This document shows positions 34,862-45,352 of a stretch of DNA of 64,000 nucleotides, piece by piece. Each line of letters opens with the position of its first letter. Position 1 is the first letter of the stretch. The translations under genes and the position numbers were made by a program. This stretch comes from a virus, in the IMG/VR virus record IMGVR_UViG_3300043313_000346, positions 1 to 64,000 of that record. One strand, written 5' to 3'. The notes under the pieces are model-generated. The model worked only from the letters and a program-made list of their open reading frames with translations. It was not told the origin of the DNA and ran no database searches.

Positions 34862-35338
34862 ATGCCGAAACCCTTCTTGATCGGAATCGAAGTCGAGGAA
34901 GTCGCGCTCGGGCTGGTGATGCGCAAGCTCAACAGCCTGCCCGGCGTCGTCAAGCTGCACATGGACTTGGACCTGATAGGACCGAAGGCGAAGTCGAACG
35001 GCGCGGACCCGCACGGCAAGCGACGCGGGCGCCCGCCGGGCCGCCCGCACCGAACCTTCGACATGACCGGAGAGCAGGCAATCATCGCCATGCTGAAGGG
35101 CAAGACGATGTCGATCGGCGAGATGAAGGATGTGTTCGCGGCACAAGGCCGCGCGCCGGGCTCGGTCAACTCGTGCCTGTTCAAAGTTCAGAAGCAAGGC
35201 GCGGTTGTTCGCACGGCCCCGAACACTTACGCGCTGGCGAAGTCGAAGAGCAAGCCGAAGCCGAAGACGAAGGCGAAGAACAAGCCCAAGCCGAAGACAC
35301 CGAAGACGAAGCCCACGACAGCACCAGAGGGAGCGTAA
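34862..35338 (+). CDS. Basic DNA-binding-like protein
   Basis: RRGRPPGRP AT-hook-like motif, winged-helix-like segment and K/P-rich tail. Confidence 0.65.
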   Translation: MPKPFLIGIEVEEVALGLVMRKLNSLPGVVKLHMDLDLIGPKAKSNGADPHGKRRGRPPGRPHRTFDMTGEQAIIAMLKGKTMSIGEMKDVFAAQGRAPGSVNSCLFKVQKQGAVVRTAPNTYALAKSKSKPKPKTKAKNKPKPKTPKTKPTTAPEGA

Positions 35339-35341
35339 CCT

Positions 35342-35722
35342 ATGGCCCGCGTGCATCTGTATCGGACCTATCGATGGATCGACAAAGACCCGATCATAGG
35401 GGCGGTGAAGACGATCGTGCAGGATGAGAAGCTGAAGAACAACGCGGTCCACGAAATCACGGGGATCGCGACAGCCACGCTCGACGGATGGTTCAACGGC
35501 GGCACGCGCAAGCCGCAGAACGTCACGGTGACAGCGGTTGCGTCGGGGCTCGGCTACGTGCGGCGCGATCGATTGTTGCCCGATGGCACGGTCGAGGTTG
35601 GCTTCGAGAAGGCACGCAAGCTCGACTGGAAAGAGGAAGCCGAGAAACAGACGAAGTTCATGCTGAAGTATAACCCGAAGAAAAAGCGCAAGGCGAAGCG
35701 CAAGAAAAATGGTGCCGGGTGA
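35342..35722 (+). CDS. HTH-like basic protein
   Basis: VHEITGIATATLDGWFNGGTRKPQ resembles an XRE HTH. Confidence 0.65.
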   Translation: MARVHLYRTYRWIDKDPIIGAVKTIVQDEKLKNNAVHEITGIATATLDGWFNGGTRKPQNVTVTAVASGLGYVRRDRLLPDGTVEVGFEKARKLDWKEEAEKQTKFMLKYNPKKKRKAKRKKNGAG

Positions 35723-36078
35723 TGAGCGATACAGACATGGGACGAACACCAATGACCGATGGCGACATGAAGCGTCTGCTCGATTACGTGGCGTTCGTCC
35801 CGATCCCGGTGACGGTGAAGGCGAACGACTACGCCTATGACGGCTGGCTGATCGGCGGCGGCGAGAAGCGTCACGGCGAGTTTCGGGTGATGGTCGAGGA
35901 CAGCTTCGGCCGCATCTACATCCACAACTGCGGTCAGGTCCGCGTGCGCGACGAGGCCGAGCCGCGCTCGCGCGAGATCGTCATGCGCGACGTGATCGCG
36001 CTGCTGCCGAACGACCGCGAGGCCGGGCTGGCGGTTCTCGATCTGGCGCGACGCATGGTGGAGAGGTTCAAGCGATGA
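35719..36078 (+). CDS. Hypothetical protein
   Basis: Coupled ORF. Confidence 0.6.
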   Translation: MMSDTDMGRTPMTDGDMKRLLDYVAFVPIPVTVKANDYAYDGWLIGGGEKRHGEFRVMVEDSFGRIYIHNCGQVRVRDEAEPRSREIVMRDVIALLPNDREAGLAVLDLARRMVERFKR

Positions 36079-36335
36079 GCGATACAGACACGAAGCATCT
36101 CGACTGGATCGCCGTGCCCTTGCTGGTCGCCGGCCAGCCGCGATCGTGGGGCGCCGGCGTGTGGCCGTGGACGTTCGCCGTCACCTTCAACGGCACCACC
36201 TACGCGGCGAGCGCTAACGACAGCCGGGCGCGCGGGACCGGGCACACCAAGCTCGGCGCCGATTTCACGACGCTGGAGTCGGCCCAGAAGGCGTGCGCGG
36301 CGTTTCTCCGCGAGCAGAAGGACGCGCGGTCATGA
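36075..36335 (+). CDS. Hypothetical protein
   Basis: ATGA overlap. Confidence 0.6.
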   Translation: MSDTDTKHLDWIAVPLLVAGQPRSWGAGVWPWTFAVTFNGTTYAASANDSRARGTGHTKLGADFTTLESAQKACAAFLREQKDARS

Positions 36336-36613
36336 CCGGCGACCAGCTTCCGCAGCACGCGCTCGACACACTCACGCGCGGGCACTGTCCCGCGTGCGAG
36401 TCGCGCGGCTTCATCATCGGCCCGCAGGGCGGTGCGGCGATCAACATCGAATGCGCGTTCCTCGACTGCCGCGCGCGGTTTAACGTCGTGATGTTCGGCG
36501 GGCGCTGCCTGATGGCGCAGGAGATCGAGCGCGAGGCGCAAGGCGGCAGCGTGTGGCCCAGCGCACCAGCATCCGCCGGTGAGGGCTCAGGCCACAGCGG
36601 GAGCTTCTCATGA
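36332..36613 (+). CDS. Hypothetical zinc-ribbon protein
   Basis: CPAC..EC..DC. Confidence 0.6.
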   Translation: MTGDQLPQHALDTLTRGHCPACESRGFIIGPQGGAAINIECAFLDCRARFNVVMFGGRCLMAQEIEREAQGGSVWPSAPASAGEGSGHSGSFS

Positions 36614-37089
36614 GCGGCATCGGTCGCGTGCATGAACGCATCAACGCCGACATCAACCGCGTCGGGCGGTCGCTGATGGGCGTCGGCGACGATCCGCCGT
36701 TCTGCTATTCGATCGGCAATTACTTCCAGCGCTGGACCGTTGGTCCTCCCCCGGGCAATGTTGTGATCATGCCCGAACTGCTGGTGATCGGCACCGCCAA
36801 GGGTAACTTCCTCAACGATCTATCAAACATGATGATCGAAGCGCGCCAGCCGTTCGATGATGGTCAGGTCGTCCTGATGCACGGCGCGCGGCAGCCGGTG
36901 AGGATCATCCGCGCCAACAACGACGCGCGCACCAAGTATATGATCCAAGCCGGCGTGATCTTGCGCGTCAACGACTATCCGGTCATGCAGGTTCTGATCC
37001 CCGACACCGCCGGCAAATTTCCCGGCGAGTCTGGATGCGCGCCGCCGTATTCCTTATGGCCCGTTCTGCACGAGAGGCTGCTGCAATGA
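36610..37089 (+). CDS. DUF4262-like protein
   Basis: FCYSIG, PELLVIG and MQVLIPDTAGKFP motifs. Confidence 0.7.
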   Translation: MSGIGRVHERINADINRVGRSLMGVGDDPPFCYSIGNYFQRWTVGPPPGNVVIMPELLVIGTAKGNFLNDLSNMMIEARQPFDDGQVVLMHGARQPVRIIRANNDARTKYMIQAGVILRVNDYPVMQVLIPDTAGKFPGESGCAPPYSLWPVLHERLLQ

Positions 37090-37628
37090 ATCGCACGTGC
37101 GGCGGCTGCACGCTGTGCTGCAAGTTGCTCGCCGTCAACGAGCTTGGCAAGCTCGCCGGCCAGCACTGCCAGCACCAGAGCGCGGCAAAGGGCTGCAAGG
37201 TCTATCACGACTCTCGCCGCATGCCGGGATCGTGCCGGCTGTGGAATTGCCAATGGATCATCGGGCAACTGCCGCGTGATCTGCGCCGGCCCGATCGCGC
37301 GCACTACGTCGTCGACATGATACCCGACTATGTGAACACCGTGTTCGACAACGAGACGATCAACATCCCGGTGGTGCAGGTCTGGTGCGATCCGGATTTT
37401 CCGAACGCGCACCGTGATCCGGCGCTGCGTGCGTGGCTCGATGCCGAGCGCACGTGCGCGCTGATCCGTTTCAGCGCCAGCTATGCGCTCTTCATCGCGC
37501 CGCCGTCGGTCAACAGCGAAGGCGTCTGGTACGAAGACGTCCCCCGCGAGAGCGGAGAGAAGCAACACGCGCTCGATGACATCCTCGCCGTCACCGGCGC
37601 GCGCGTGCGCGTGGAGATCGAGCCATGA
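37086..37628 (+). CDS. CxxCxxCC cysteine-cluster protein (paralog of 32495..32905)
   Basis: CGGCTLCCKLLAV is identical in both; RPD motif. Confidence 0.78.
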   Translation: MNRTCGGCTLCCKLLAVNELGKLAGQHCQHQSAAKGCKVYHDSRRMPGSCRLWNCQWIIGQLPRDLRRPDRAHYVVDMIPDYVNTVFDNETINIPVVQVWCDPDFPNAHRDPALRAWLDAERTCALIRFSASYALFIAPPSVNSEGVWYEDVPRESGEKQHALDDILAVTGARVRVEIEP

Positions 37629-37921
37629 TCAGCCACGGCAACGCACCGATCCCGCCCGGCAAAGGCATGTTCGTGTTTGCAGAACTTGGCGCGGTGTCGT
37701 GCTCGATCTGCGCGCCGGCCGCCGTCACCAAGGATGAGGTTGAAGCCTTCGCGACCGCGACGCTCGGCCGGCCGTTCGGCGGTTGGGAAGCGGTCGACAA
37801 ATCGAAGATCAGCATGGGCCAGCCCACACCGAATCCGTGCAACGTCGCGGCCGATCGCAAGCACTGGTTTCTGCTCAACGGCGCCACGGCGGCCGGGCTC
37901 GGGCTGGAGACGAAGGCATGA
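37625..37921 (+). CDS. Hypothetical protein
   Basis: ATGA overlap. Confidence 0.6.
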   Translation: MISHGNAPIPPGKGMFVFAELGAVSCSICAPAAVTKDEVEAFATATLGRPFGGWEAVDKSKISMGQPTPNPCNVAADRKHWFLLNGATAAGLGLETKA

Positions 37922-38130
37922 TCGGCCCGGGAAACACACGCCCGACTGACGGCGATCACAGCCCAACCGCGAAGGCGGCGCGGCGTCATGCGGTTGCCAG
38001 TATGGCCTGTCCGAAATGCGGTTCACTGGCTGGTGATGCCTGCAAGGCGAAGGGCGGCGGCACCTACGATCCGGCTTACACAGTGCATGCGGCGCGGCTC
38101 GATCTCGCCGTGCAAAAGGCATCAATATGA
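37918..38130 (+). CDS. Small zinc-finger protein
   Basis: CPKC..C..H..R. Confidence 0.6.
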   Translation: MIGPGNTRPTDGDHSPTAKAARRHAVASMACPKCGSLAGDACKAKGGGTYDPAYTVHAARLDLAVQKASI

Positions 38131-38348
38131 TCGGCCCCGGGAAATACGACGACGCCTGCACCGCCGCGCGCGAGATGGCGCAAGCCGAAGCGGCGATCGT
38201 GATCATCCTCAACGGCAACAAGGGCTCGGGCTTCTCGATCCAAGGTGACGTCAAGGCCAGCGCCAGCCTCACCGTCGAGAAGGTCGCCGCCTTGCTGCAG
38301 CACGTCGCCGCTGAGATGCTGCGCGATGCCGAGAGGCTGCGGACATGA
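38127..38348 (+). CDS. Hypothetical protein
   Basis: ATGA overlap. Confidence 0.6.
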   Translation: MIGPGKYDDACTAAREMAQAEAAIVIILNGNKGSGFSIQGDVKASASLTVEKVAALLQHVAAEMLRDAERLRT

Positions 38349-38611
38349 GCGAGCGTAAGCGCATTCGCGACAAGCCGATGCGTGGGCGCTTCTGGCGCGT
38401 GAGCGAACTGCGCCACTTCAGGCCACGACAGCGCAAGGCAATGATCGCAGAGACGCACGACGAAAATCTGCGACGGTTCGAAGCGGCGGCTGAGTATGTC
38501 GAATGGGCCAAAGACGAGCGACCATTCGGTGAGATGTTCCACAGGCAGCAGATCATTTTGTGCTGCATCGGATTTATCTATCTGTTGAAGCGAGAGCGGC
38601 TCAGGACGTGA
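38345..38611 (+). CDS. Hypothetical protein
   Basis: ATGA overlap. Confidence 0.55.
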   Translation: MSERKRIRDKPMRGRFWRVSELRHFRPRQRKAMIAETHDENLRRFEAAAEYVEWAKDERPFGEMFHRQQIILCCIGFIYLLKRERLRT

Positions 38612-38615
38612 TGCC

Positions 38616-38954
38616 ATGCTGCGCTATTACGTGCTCGACGAAGAGAACCACCCGGTGCGCGTCAGAGACGTGATCGCGTGGGCGCAGCAATTCGAGAACC
38701 TGAGCAACCGCATTGTCGCATGGACGCAGGTCACCAGCGAGATCACGGTGAGCACGGTTTTTCTCGGGCTCGATCACCGGCACTTCGGCAAGGGCCCGCC
38801 GATCCTGTTTGAAACGATGGTGTTCGGTGGGCCGCTCGATCAGGCGTGCGTGCGCTATGCGTCATGGGACGATGCGCAGACCGGCCACGCGATCTCGGTG
38901 CGCAAGGTGCGCGAGGCGATCGGACAGAAGGTGAAGACCGATGAGACTTGCTGA
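38616..38954 (+). CDS. Hypothetical protein
   Basis: VSTVFLGLDH..PILFETMVFGG..RY..W..A..GH pattern. Confidence 0.7.
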   Translation: MLRYYVLDEENHPVRVRDVIAWAQQFENLSNRIVAWTQVTSEITVSTVFLGLDHRHFGKGPPILFETMVFGGPLDQACVRYASWDDAQTGHAISVRKVREAIGQKVKTDETC

Positions 38955-40047
38955 TCAGATCGCGGCGGTGTGCGGCACCGATCTCGATCTCGACGACATC
39001 ATGACGAAGCTCGCGTCGGGCATCGCGCGGGCGCAGCGCTTCAAGATCGACGACGACGTTGCGCGCGCAGCCGTGGGCGTGGTGCGCTCGAAGCCGTCTT
39101 CGCTGGTCGCCGCGCTGCCGCTGTGCCGCCTGCCCTATCCCGTCATGTGGCTCGAATGGGACTGTGCGTCGATGCTTGGGACACGCGGCAACGAGCGTGA
39201 CGAAGACGCACCGACGCCACAGAAGATGGGCGTGCTGATCGAGGCGCTAAGCAACGATCAATTGCAGGTCGGACAAATGACGTGGGCGTGGGTCCACGCC
39301 GATCGTCCGGACGAAAATGTTCTGCCCGGTCTGCCGAACATGACCGTCTGCCCGTTCTCGATCATCTTCGACTGGCGCGAGGACGGTAATTTGCTGGAGA
39401 CGCTTGGCCCGGCCTTCGACAAGATTCACAAGGAACGGCCGAATTCGTTCACGGCCTTCCTTGCGATCCTGCGTGACACGTTCCTGCGCGAAGGCTCGCT
39501 CGATCTGACCGCCAAGATTATGCGCTCGGCCGCAATGACGCGCGGTTGGGACAAGCTCGCGGACAACCCGCGCGAAGTCGAAGCCGTCCATGAACTGATA
39601 AGGCATGCGACGCCGTGGGTCTCGACGCACGCGCAGCGCTTTCTGATGCGCCTTCTCGCGACAATCCCGATCGAGCGGGCGAAGCATATGCTTGCTTCGT
39701 GGCAAGCAGACCTGCAAGGCGAAGAGCCGTTCGCGGCGGCCCTGATCACGATGATGAACTCGCGCAACTGCGTCGACCACGAGCCGGCCAACCTCGACAA
39801 GCTCAATCGGTCACGCCGGCGCGGCGGCAAGCCGGAATTCCTTGCCTATTCGACGACGCGGCTGCGGCTATCGCAGCATCTCGATCGCGCCGTCGGCGCT
39901 GGCCACATGACACGCGCGCAGGCGCGCGGGACGCTGGTGCGCGGACATTTCAAGCTGCGCAGGACCGGCGTGTTCTGGTGGTCGCCGCACGAACGCGGCG
40001 ATCAATCGCATCGCGTCCCACGGCGTGAATATGAGGTTGTGCCGTGA
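38941..40047 (+). CDS. Hypothetical protein
   Basis: 368 aa; CRLPYP and C-terminal KLNRSR..LVRGHFK..FWWSPH. Confidence 0.75.
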   Translation: MRLADQIAAVCGTDLDLDDIMTKLASGIARAQRFKIDDDVARAAVGVVRSKPSSLVAALPLCRLPYPVMWLEWDCASMLGTRGNERDEDAPTPQKMGVLIEALSNDQLQVGQMTWAWVHADRPDENVLPGLPNMTVCPFSIIFDWREDGNLLETLGPAFDKIHKERPNSFTAFLAILRDTFLREGSLDLTAKIMRSAAMTRGWDKLADNPREVEAVHELIRHATPWVSTHAQRFLMRLLATIPIERAKHMLASWQADLQGEEPFAAALITMMNSRNCVDHEPANLDKLNRSRRRGGKPEFLAYSTTRLRLSQHLDRAVGAGHMTRAQARGTLVRGHFKLRRTGVFWWSPHERGDQSHRVPRREYEVVP

Positions 40048-40163
40048 TACCCGGTGAGCATCATGACGCGCACGTGCGGCTGTGGCGGGCGTGGCTGATC
40101 CTGCGTGATGTGCCGCCTCATCTCCTGCGGGTGCTGCGCTTGTTGCGCGAAAGGCGGTGACCA

Positions 40164-40607
40164 ATGACAGCGCTTGTAATCACACCGGAGAAGGAATCCG
40201 AGATCAAGGCGGCGATCGTCAAGGCGCGCGCGAACGTGATCCCGTGGGCAAAGACGCGCCACACCGCAGCCGACGCCGACACGTTCATGCTGACTCTCGC
40301 TGACCGCAAACCGGGCAGCGAGAAGCGTCCGGAGTCCGTGGGCGTCATCTTCGAAGGCGGCGTCACCGCCGCGATCAGCTTCGAAGAGCAGCCCGCCGGC
40401 ATCATGCGCCACGTCTCGTTTGCGACCGGCAAGCCCGGCAAGAACCATCTCATGAATCCGATCATGGTCGCCGCGCTCTGCGAACTGTTCGGCATCCGCG
40501 AATTCCCGCCGACGCATGGCAAGGTCTGGATCGAAGAATACAAGCCGAACCATTTTGCGGTGAACGTCATCGAGCTTGAGCACGAGCGCGAGGCGGGCCA
40601 CGCATGA
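40164..40607 (+). CDS. Hypothetical protein
   Basis: ORF in the plus-strand train. Confidence 0.65.
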   Translation: MTALVITPEKESEIKAAIVKARANVIPWAKTRHTAADADTFMLTLADRKPGSEKRPESVGVIFEGGVTAAISFEEQPAGIMRHVSFATGKPGKNHLMNPIMVAALCELFGIREFPPTHGKVWIEEYKPNHFAVNVIELEHEREAGHA

Positions 40608-40870
40608 GCACGACGCCGACACCAGAGCAGATGCTGCGCGACGTGCGCCGGTGGGTCTGGCTCGGCTATGCCGCGCAATCGATGGCCGCGCTCGCCGGCG
40701 CGCTTTGCCTGTGGGCCGCGATCGACGATTGGCTGACCGGGCATCCGTTCCGCTCGGCCGTGTTCACCGTCGTCGCGTTCTGGAACGGCTACAACTTCGT
40801 GAACAGCCGGCTGACGCACCGCAACACTAAGCGCTTGCTGCACAAGCTGCGCGACCTGATCGGGAAATAA
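40604..40870 (+). CDS. Two-TM membrane protein
   Basis: Two hydrophobic helices; ATGA overlap. Confidence 0.65.
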   Translation: MSTTPTPEQMLRDVRRWVWLGYAAQSMAALAGALCLWAAIDDWLTGHPFRSAVFTVVAFWNGYNFVNSRLTHRNTKRLLHKLRDLIGK

Positions 40871-40872
40871 AG

Positions 40873-41172
40873 ATGATGCCGAAACTGAAGATCACCACCG
40901 ACAAGAAAGAAATGGCGAGCGCCGACGTGCTGGTCTGCATGCCGGTGACGATGCCGCTGGTGATGCCCGACAACAAGGTCGGCGACTGCGCCGCGTGCGG
41001 GCGGCGCATCCAGTATCGCCCCTATGCGCCGAAGAAAGTGACGCGGATGTGCGTCGATTGCGTCAAGGAGATCGTCGCCGAGAAGGAAGCACATGGCATC
41101 AAGACCGAGATGCTGGCGACGCCGACGGCGATCGCGGAGTTGATCGACGAATTGAAGAAAGACCGGCAATAA
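40873..41172 (+). CDS. Hypothetical zinc-finger protein
   Basis: CAAC..CVDC. Confidence 0.65.
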   Translation: MMPKLKITTDKKEMASADVLVCMPVTMPLVMPDNKVGDCAACGRRIQYRPYAPKKVTRMCVDCVKEIVAEKEAHGIKTEMLATPTAIAELIDELKKDRQ

Positions 41173-41199
41173 AAAAGGCGCCGGGGTGAGCCGGCGCCC
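41170..41199 (-). terminator. Terminator at the convergence of the early and late blocks
   Basis: AAAAAA-GGCGCCGG-GGTGAG-CCGGCGCC; the U-tract is on the minus strand. Confidence 0.6.
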
Positions 41200-41224
41200 A
41201 AAGGCGTGCAAGGTGTGGCTGGCC

Positions 41225-41893
41225 TTAGCCGAGCGTCACCGGCACCCGGTTGACCGTCACGACCACGGGCCCGCTGATCTCGATGTCGACGTGCGCGACG
41301 ATCGCCGGCTTCACCGGCTGCGGTGGCGGTGTCGTCTCGCCCACCGGCGGCGGCTCGGGCTCGGTGGTGTCCTGCTTGCCGCTGAGCACGCCGGCGAGCG
41401 CGCGGCAGATCGCATCGAACTGTTGCCCGTAGATGTCGGCATCGGCTTCGCTGTCGACGAAGCACACTTCGAGCAGCACGCACGGCATCTCGGTGTTGTT
41501 CAGCACATAAAGATCGTCGCGATACTTGCCGCCGCGATCGATGAAGCCGCACGACGCGATCGCGGCCGACAGTTCGCTCGCGAGCGCTGACTGCGTCACG
41601 TAGAGAACCTCACAGCCCATCGGCTTCTCGGTCTCGACGTAGGCGTTGAAGTGGACGCTGATGTCGAGATCACGCGTGCGGCTGTTGTGGAAGTTGGTGA
41701 TGGTCGCGAGGTTGGTGCTCTGATCGTGGCTCGTGTCGTCGTGGAAGATGTCGACGGCGACGCCCCGGTTCTCAAGCTCATCGGCGAGATGCTCGACCAC
41801 GCGGCGGGCTTCGTCGACTTCGTCGAGCACGCCGCTCGCGCCGCGCACGTGCATCCCGTGGCCGGAAGATATGACAACCCTGCCATAGCTCAT
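41225..41893 (-). CDS. Endolysin, N-acetylmuramoyl-L-alanine amidase (Amidase_3)
   Basis: SSGHG, E, SVHFNA and LLEVCFVD zinc-amidase motifs. Confidence 0.9.
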   Translation of the reverse strand: MSYGRVVISSGHGMHVRGASGVLDEVDEARRVVEHLADELENRGVAVDIFHDDTSHDQSTNLATITNFHNSRTRDLDISVHFNAYVETEKPMGCEVLYVTQSALASELSAAIASCGFIDRGGKYRDDLYVLNNTEMPCVLLEVCFVDSEADADIYGQQFDAICRALAGVLSGKQDTTEPEPPPVGETTPPPQPVKPAIVAHVDIEISGPVVVTVNRVPVTLG

Positions 41894-42120
41894 GATGGTG
41901 GTCCTTGCTTACAGTCGCGGATGTCTTTGACCAGCGTGCTGATCAATTCGTTCTGCGTCTTGTTGCGTTCAGATGCATTCGCCGCGACCTGCCCCAACAC
42001 ATAGGCCGCGAACGAAAGGAAGCCGATGTTGACGAGCAACAGCGCGATCGCGAGCGGCGTCGACTTCATCGCCGACAGCGCTTCGGTAGCGACCTTCCCG
42101 GTGGTGTCGATGACCATCAT
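41890..42120 (-). CDS. Holin-like membrane protein
   Basis: Single TM helix; coupled directly upstream of the endolysin; Met-Met start. Confidence 0.55.
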   Translation of the reverse strand: MMVIDTTGKVATEALSAMKSTPLAIALLLVNIGFLSFAAYVLGQVAANASERNKTQNELISTLVKDIRDCKQGPPS

Positions 42121-42135
42121 GGCAGCCCTCACCAG

Positions 42136-42303
42136 TTAGAGCGCGGCGTGCTCTTTGCTGTCGTCATCGTCGTCTTCATCTTCGTCGGCGGGCTTGGGCT
42201 TCGGCGGCACCGGGGTTTGTCCCGGCTGCGGCGGGTCCATGATCGGCGGTCGCTCGCGTGGCGTTGGTGCTTGGCCGGGTGTCTGGCCGGGGCTGCTTGC
42301 CAT
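42136..42303 (-). CDS. Small Pro-rich/acidic protein
   Basis: GGAGG RBS; MASSPGQTPGQAP..DEDEDDDD. Confidence 0.5.
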   Translation of the reverse strand: MASSPGQTPGQAPTPRERPPIMDPPQPGQTPVPPKPKPADEDEDDDDDSKEHAAL

Positions 42304-42390
42304 CGTGGTGTCCTCCTGTTCTGGGTTGGATCAGGCCGCGCAAAGCTGCGGCAAGTCTGGCTCGCCTCTCAGCGCAAGCGCGGCATGGCA

Positions 42391-42627
42391 TCAGGTCTTC
42401 TCTTGCCCTGCTGCCTTTCGCTTCGCCGCGTCGGCTTCCGCGCGCCGGCGCATCTCGACGCCATCCATGTGCGCGCGCCACGGCGCAGCGAACACGCCGA
42501 AGTTTCTCATGTTGTCCGGCGTCACCAGTTGCGTGCGCTGTTGCTCTGCCGCCGGATAGAGCGCGATGAATTCCACCATCTCGGGGACGGGCGGCGGCGG
42601 TGGCGGGCGCAGGTCTTCATCAGCCAT
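42391..42627 (-). CDS. Hypothetical protein downstream of the tail fibre
   Basis: AAGGAG RBS. Confidence 0.55.
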   Translation of the reverse strand: MADEDLRPPPPPPVPEMVEFIALYPAAEQQRTQLVTPDNMRNFGVFAAPWRAHMDGVEMRRRAEADAAKRKAAGQEKT

Positions 42628-42639
42628 GATGATGCTCCT

Positions 42640-44949
42640 TTATGCCTTGGCCTCAAGCGCCTCGATGCGCGCCTGTGCTTCCTGCAATGCCTTGGTGAGC
42701 GCAGCGATCACCGTCCACGGGTTTGGCTGCTGCACGGTTGCTGGATCATCCTTCACGCCAGTGGCGGCGCTCCCGGTCAAGGTTTCCTGAAGCTCATGTG
42801 CGATGAAGCCCCAGCGCTCGATGTCGTCGGCAGGGATAAATGGCTTGCCTGCCTCGGCCGCGCGGACTCTTTCTCCCGGCGGTGTGTATTCGGCCTGCGT
42901 GAATTTGACCGGGCGCAGCGCCTTGACTGTCTCCCACTTGTCGGGGAGATCGGCGACGTCCTTCTTGATGCGATAGTCTGACTGATACGCGATGACGCCA
43001 AGATAGGTAGCGTCGACAAAAGCCTCCAGTTGGCCGCTCCACCAGAAATTGACCGCGTTGTTGCTCGTTCCACCAGCCGCCCCCTGCTTAGAGCCAAGCC
43101 CGCTGTGCAGATGGACCGGACCACCGCTCTGGTTCTGCACTCGAACCTCGCCCGATGGCGCGTTCCAGTAGAAGATGGCTCTGGAAGTGTTGGTGTCCGA
43201 CAAATAAACGTGGGCGCTTGTGTTGGCTGGCGCCTTGCTGACGATGACGCCGCTGTTGCACGTGATGTCATAGTTACTGGTGATCTGGTTGACGATCGTC
43301 TGGCCGCCGATGGTCGCGCCGCCGGGGAAAGTGACCGCGCCGTTGGCGGTCAGGCCGTTGTTGATCGTGACGAGCCCGGTCAGCCGGGCGATCGTGAGCG
43401 GCGCGCCGATGGAGTTGCCGTTGTTGTCGTAGTTGTGGAAGTTGAAGCCGCTGGTGTCGTTGCGCAGAAGCCACTGCGCCTTGTTGCTGACGTAAAACCA
43501 AATGTCGCTCAGACTGCCAGCGGCCCCCGCTGTGGCATGGATTTGAATGCCCGGATACTGCGGCGCGTTGATTCCCAAAGTGTTGGTGACGCTAATTCCT
43601 CCGCTGAACGTGCCGCCGGTCACCGGCATCTTGGTGTCAGCATATTGCTTGGTCGCGATGCCGAGCGGCGCAGTCGGATCGCCCTTGATCGTCGCCAGTC
43701 CGGTCGAGCGGCTGATGGTCAAAGGAATGTCGATCGCCGCACCGCTGTCGTTGTAGCGTTGCAGCATGTAATCGCCGCCGAGATATTCGACCCAGCGTTC
43801 CAGACCGTTCACCCGGCCGATCACCACGGGGACGCTGCCGGTCGGCGCATTCAGATAAACCCGCGCGTTGCCCGCCGCCTTGTTGACGTACACATCGCCA
43901 GAGAAGGTTGCATCTGCGGTCGCGCGATTGATCCTGAACGGCTTGTCGATGAGCGCGCCCGCATCGGCATAGCGCGCGAGCGCGAAGTCCGATCCGGTAT
44001 TGCCCGACGTCTCTGTCGCACCGTCACCAAGCTGCAAGCCCCAGCGCGGCACCAGCGCGTTCGCACCGATCAATGGCGGGATGATTGACGGCGAGCTTCC
44101 GCTGAGCACCAGCTTGATCTGCGTCCCCGGCTTATTGAGGATCACATCGCCCGCGAAGGTGTCACCCTCGCGCGAGGCGAAGTTGAGCCGATCGCGCATC
44201 AGCAATTGCTTCGGCGCCGTGTCGGCGTCGAGCAGGTTCGGCGTGATCTGGTCGTCGACGATCGACGCGCTGCCGGCCTGCGCGAGCAAATCCCAATTCG
44301 CGCTCGGCGGCTGCGAGTTGGTGTTGACCGCCTTCGCGATATAGCTCGCGCCCGCGAGCGCGACGCCGTCGAGTGTCTGATAGGTGTCGGTGCTGTTCCA
44401 GTTGCCCTTCCAGATCAAGCCAGCCGGGCCGGCTGCGCCGGGCGTGCCGGGCGTGCCGGCCGGACCCGTTGCGCCCGTCGGTCCTACGGCGCCGGTGTTG
44501 CCCTGCGGACCCTGCGGCCCGGTTGCGCCGGTTGCGCCGGTTGCGCCTTGCGGCCCCACCGGACCAATCGGCCCCTGCGGGCCGCCCTCGATGCCCTGCG
44601 GACCTTGCGGGCCTGCGGGCCCGATCGCGCCCGGTTCGCCCGCCACACTGATCGACCAACCCGCGAGCGTGCCGACGCCATGCACCAGATCGATGTTCAC
44701 GATCAGGTCTTGATTTGAGTACGACGTGACGACGCCTTCCTGCCACGAAGCCGCGTCGTGGCTCGCGCGCACGCGCACGCCGGGCAGGAAGCCGAGACCG
44801 AATTGCTGCATCACGTACAGCTTCGGGCCGAGCGAGAACGTCACGGTCGACTGCGACGTGCCGGCGACGATCGGACCACGCGGCGCGAACGGCGCAGCGA
44901 CCACCGTTGCGCTCGGAAGCTCGACATCGTTGATTGCGATTATGGCCAC
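42640..44949 (-). CDS. Tail fibre with collagen-like segment and C-terminal intramolecular chaperone (peptidase S74)
   Basis: Gly-X-Y run; [18 protein letters not shown]..coiled-coil terminus. Confidence 0.88.
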   Translation of the reverse strand: MAIIAINDVELPSATVVAAPFAPRGPIVAGTSQSTVTFSLGPKLYVMQQFGLGFLPGVRVRASHDAASWQEGVVTSYSNQDLIVNIDLVHGVGTLAGWSISVAGEPGAIGPAGPQGPQGIEGGPQGPIGPVGPQGATGATGATGPQGPQGNTGAVGPTGATGPAGTPGTPGAAGPAGLIWKGNWNSTDTYQTLDGVALAGASYIAKAVNTNSQPPSANWDLLAQAGSASIVDDQITPNLLDADTAPKQLLMRDRLNFASREGDTFAGDVILNKPGTQIKLVLSGSSPSIIPPLIGANALVPRWGLQLGDGATETSGNTGSDFALARYADAGALIDKPFRINRATADATFSGDVYVNKAAGNARVYLNAPTGSVPVVIGRVNGLERWVEYLGGDYMLQRYNDSGAAIDIPLTISRSTGLATIKGDPTAPLGIATKQYADTKMPVTGGTFSGGISVTNTLGINAPQYPGIQIHATAGAAGSLSDIWFYVSNKAQWLLRNDTSGFNFHNYDNNGNSIGAPLTIARLTGLVTINNGLTANGAVTFPGGATIGGQTIVNQITSNYDITCNSGVIVSKAPANTSAHVYLSDTNTSRAIFYWNAPSGEVRVQNQSGGPVHLHSGLGSKQGAAGGTSNNAVNFWWSGQLEAFVDATYLGVIAYQSDYRIKKDVADLPDKWETVKALRPVKFTQAEYTPPGERVRAAEAGKPFIPADDIERWGFIAHELQETLTGSAATGVKDDPATVQQPNPWTVIAALTKALQEAQARIEALEAKA

Positions 44950-45341
44950 TTCGTCACCCCTTCGATGATCTCAAGCGTCATCTGGATCACGACTCGATCG
45001 ATGTTGTCGGCCGATGCCACGACGTCGCCGACATAGATGCCGGCGAACTTTGCCTTCATCGTCTCATAGGGAATGTTGATGATCAGGAAGCCGTAGTCGG
45101 GCGCCGAGCCGATCGACAGGCTGCCGTCGTCGGTCGACGCACTCAGGATCACTTCGTGATCGTCAGCCTCGCGACGCACTTCCATCTCGAAGCGGATGCC
45201 GCGCAGATCAAGCTGCGGATAGGTGTCGATCGTACCGCCGTCGACCTCGACAAGATATTTGAGACTGTCGATCCAGTCTTCGTTGTTGCCGGTCACCGCA
45301 TCCAAGGTGACTTTCGGAATAGCGAGGATGTTCGTCGGCAT
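44940..45341 (-). CDS. Tail/baseplate-associated protein
   Basis: Lies between two fibre genes; acidic and beta-rich. Confidence 0.6.
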   Translation of the reverse strand: MPTNILAIPKVTLDAVTGNNEDWIDSLKYLVEVDGGTIDTYPQLDLRGIRFEMEVRREADDHEVILSASTDDGSLSIGSAPDYGFLIINIPYETMKAKFAGIYVGDVVASADNIDRVVIQMTLEIIEGVTKWP

Positions 45342-45352
45342 CGGTTAATGCC

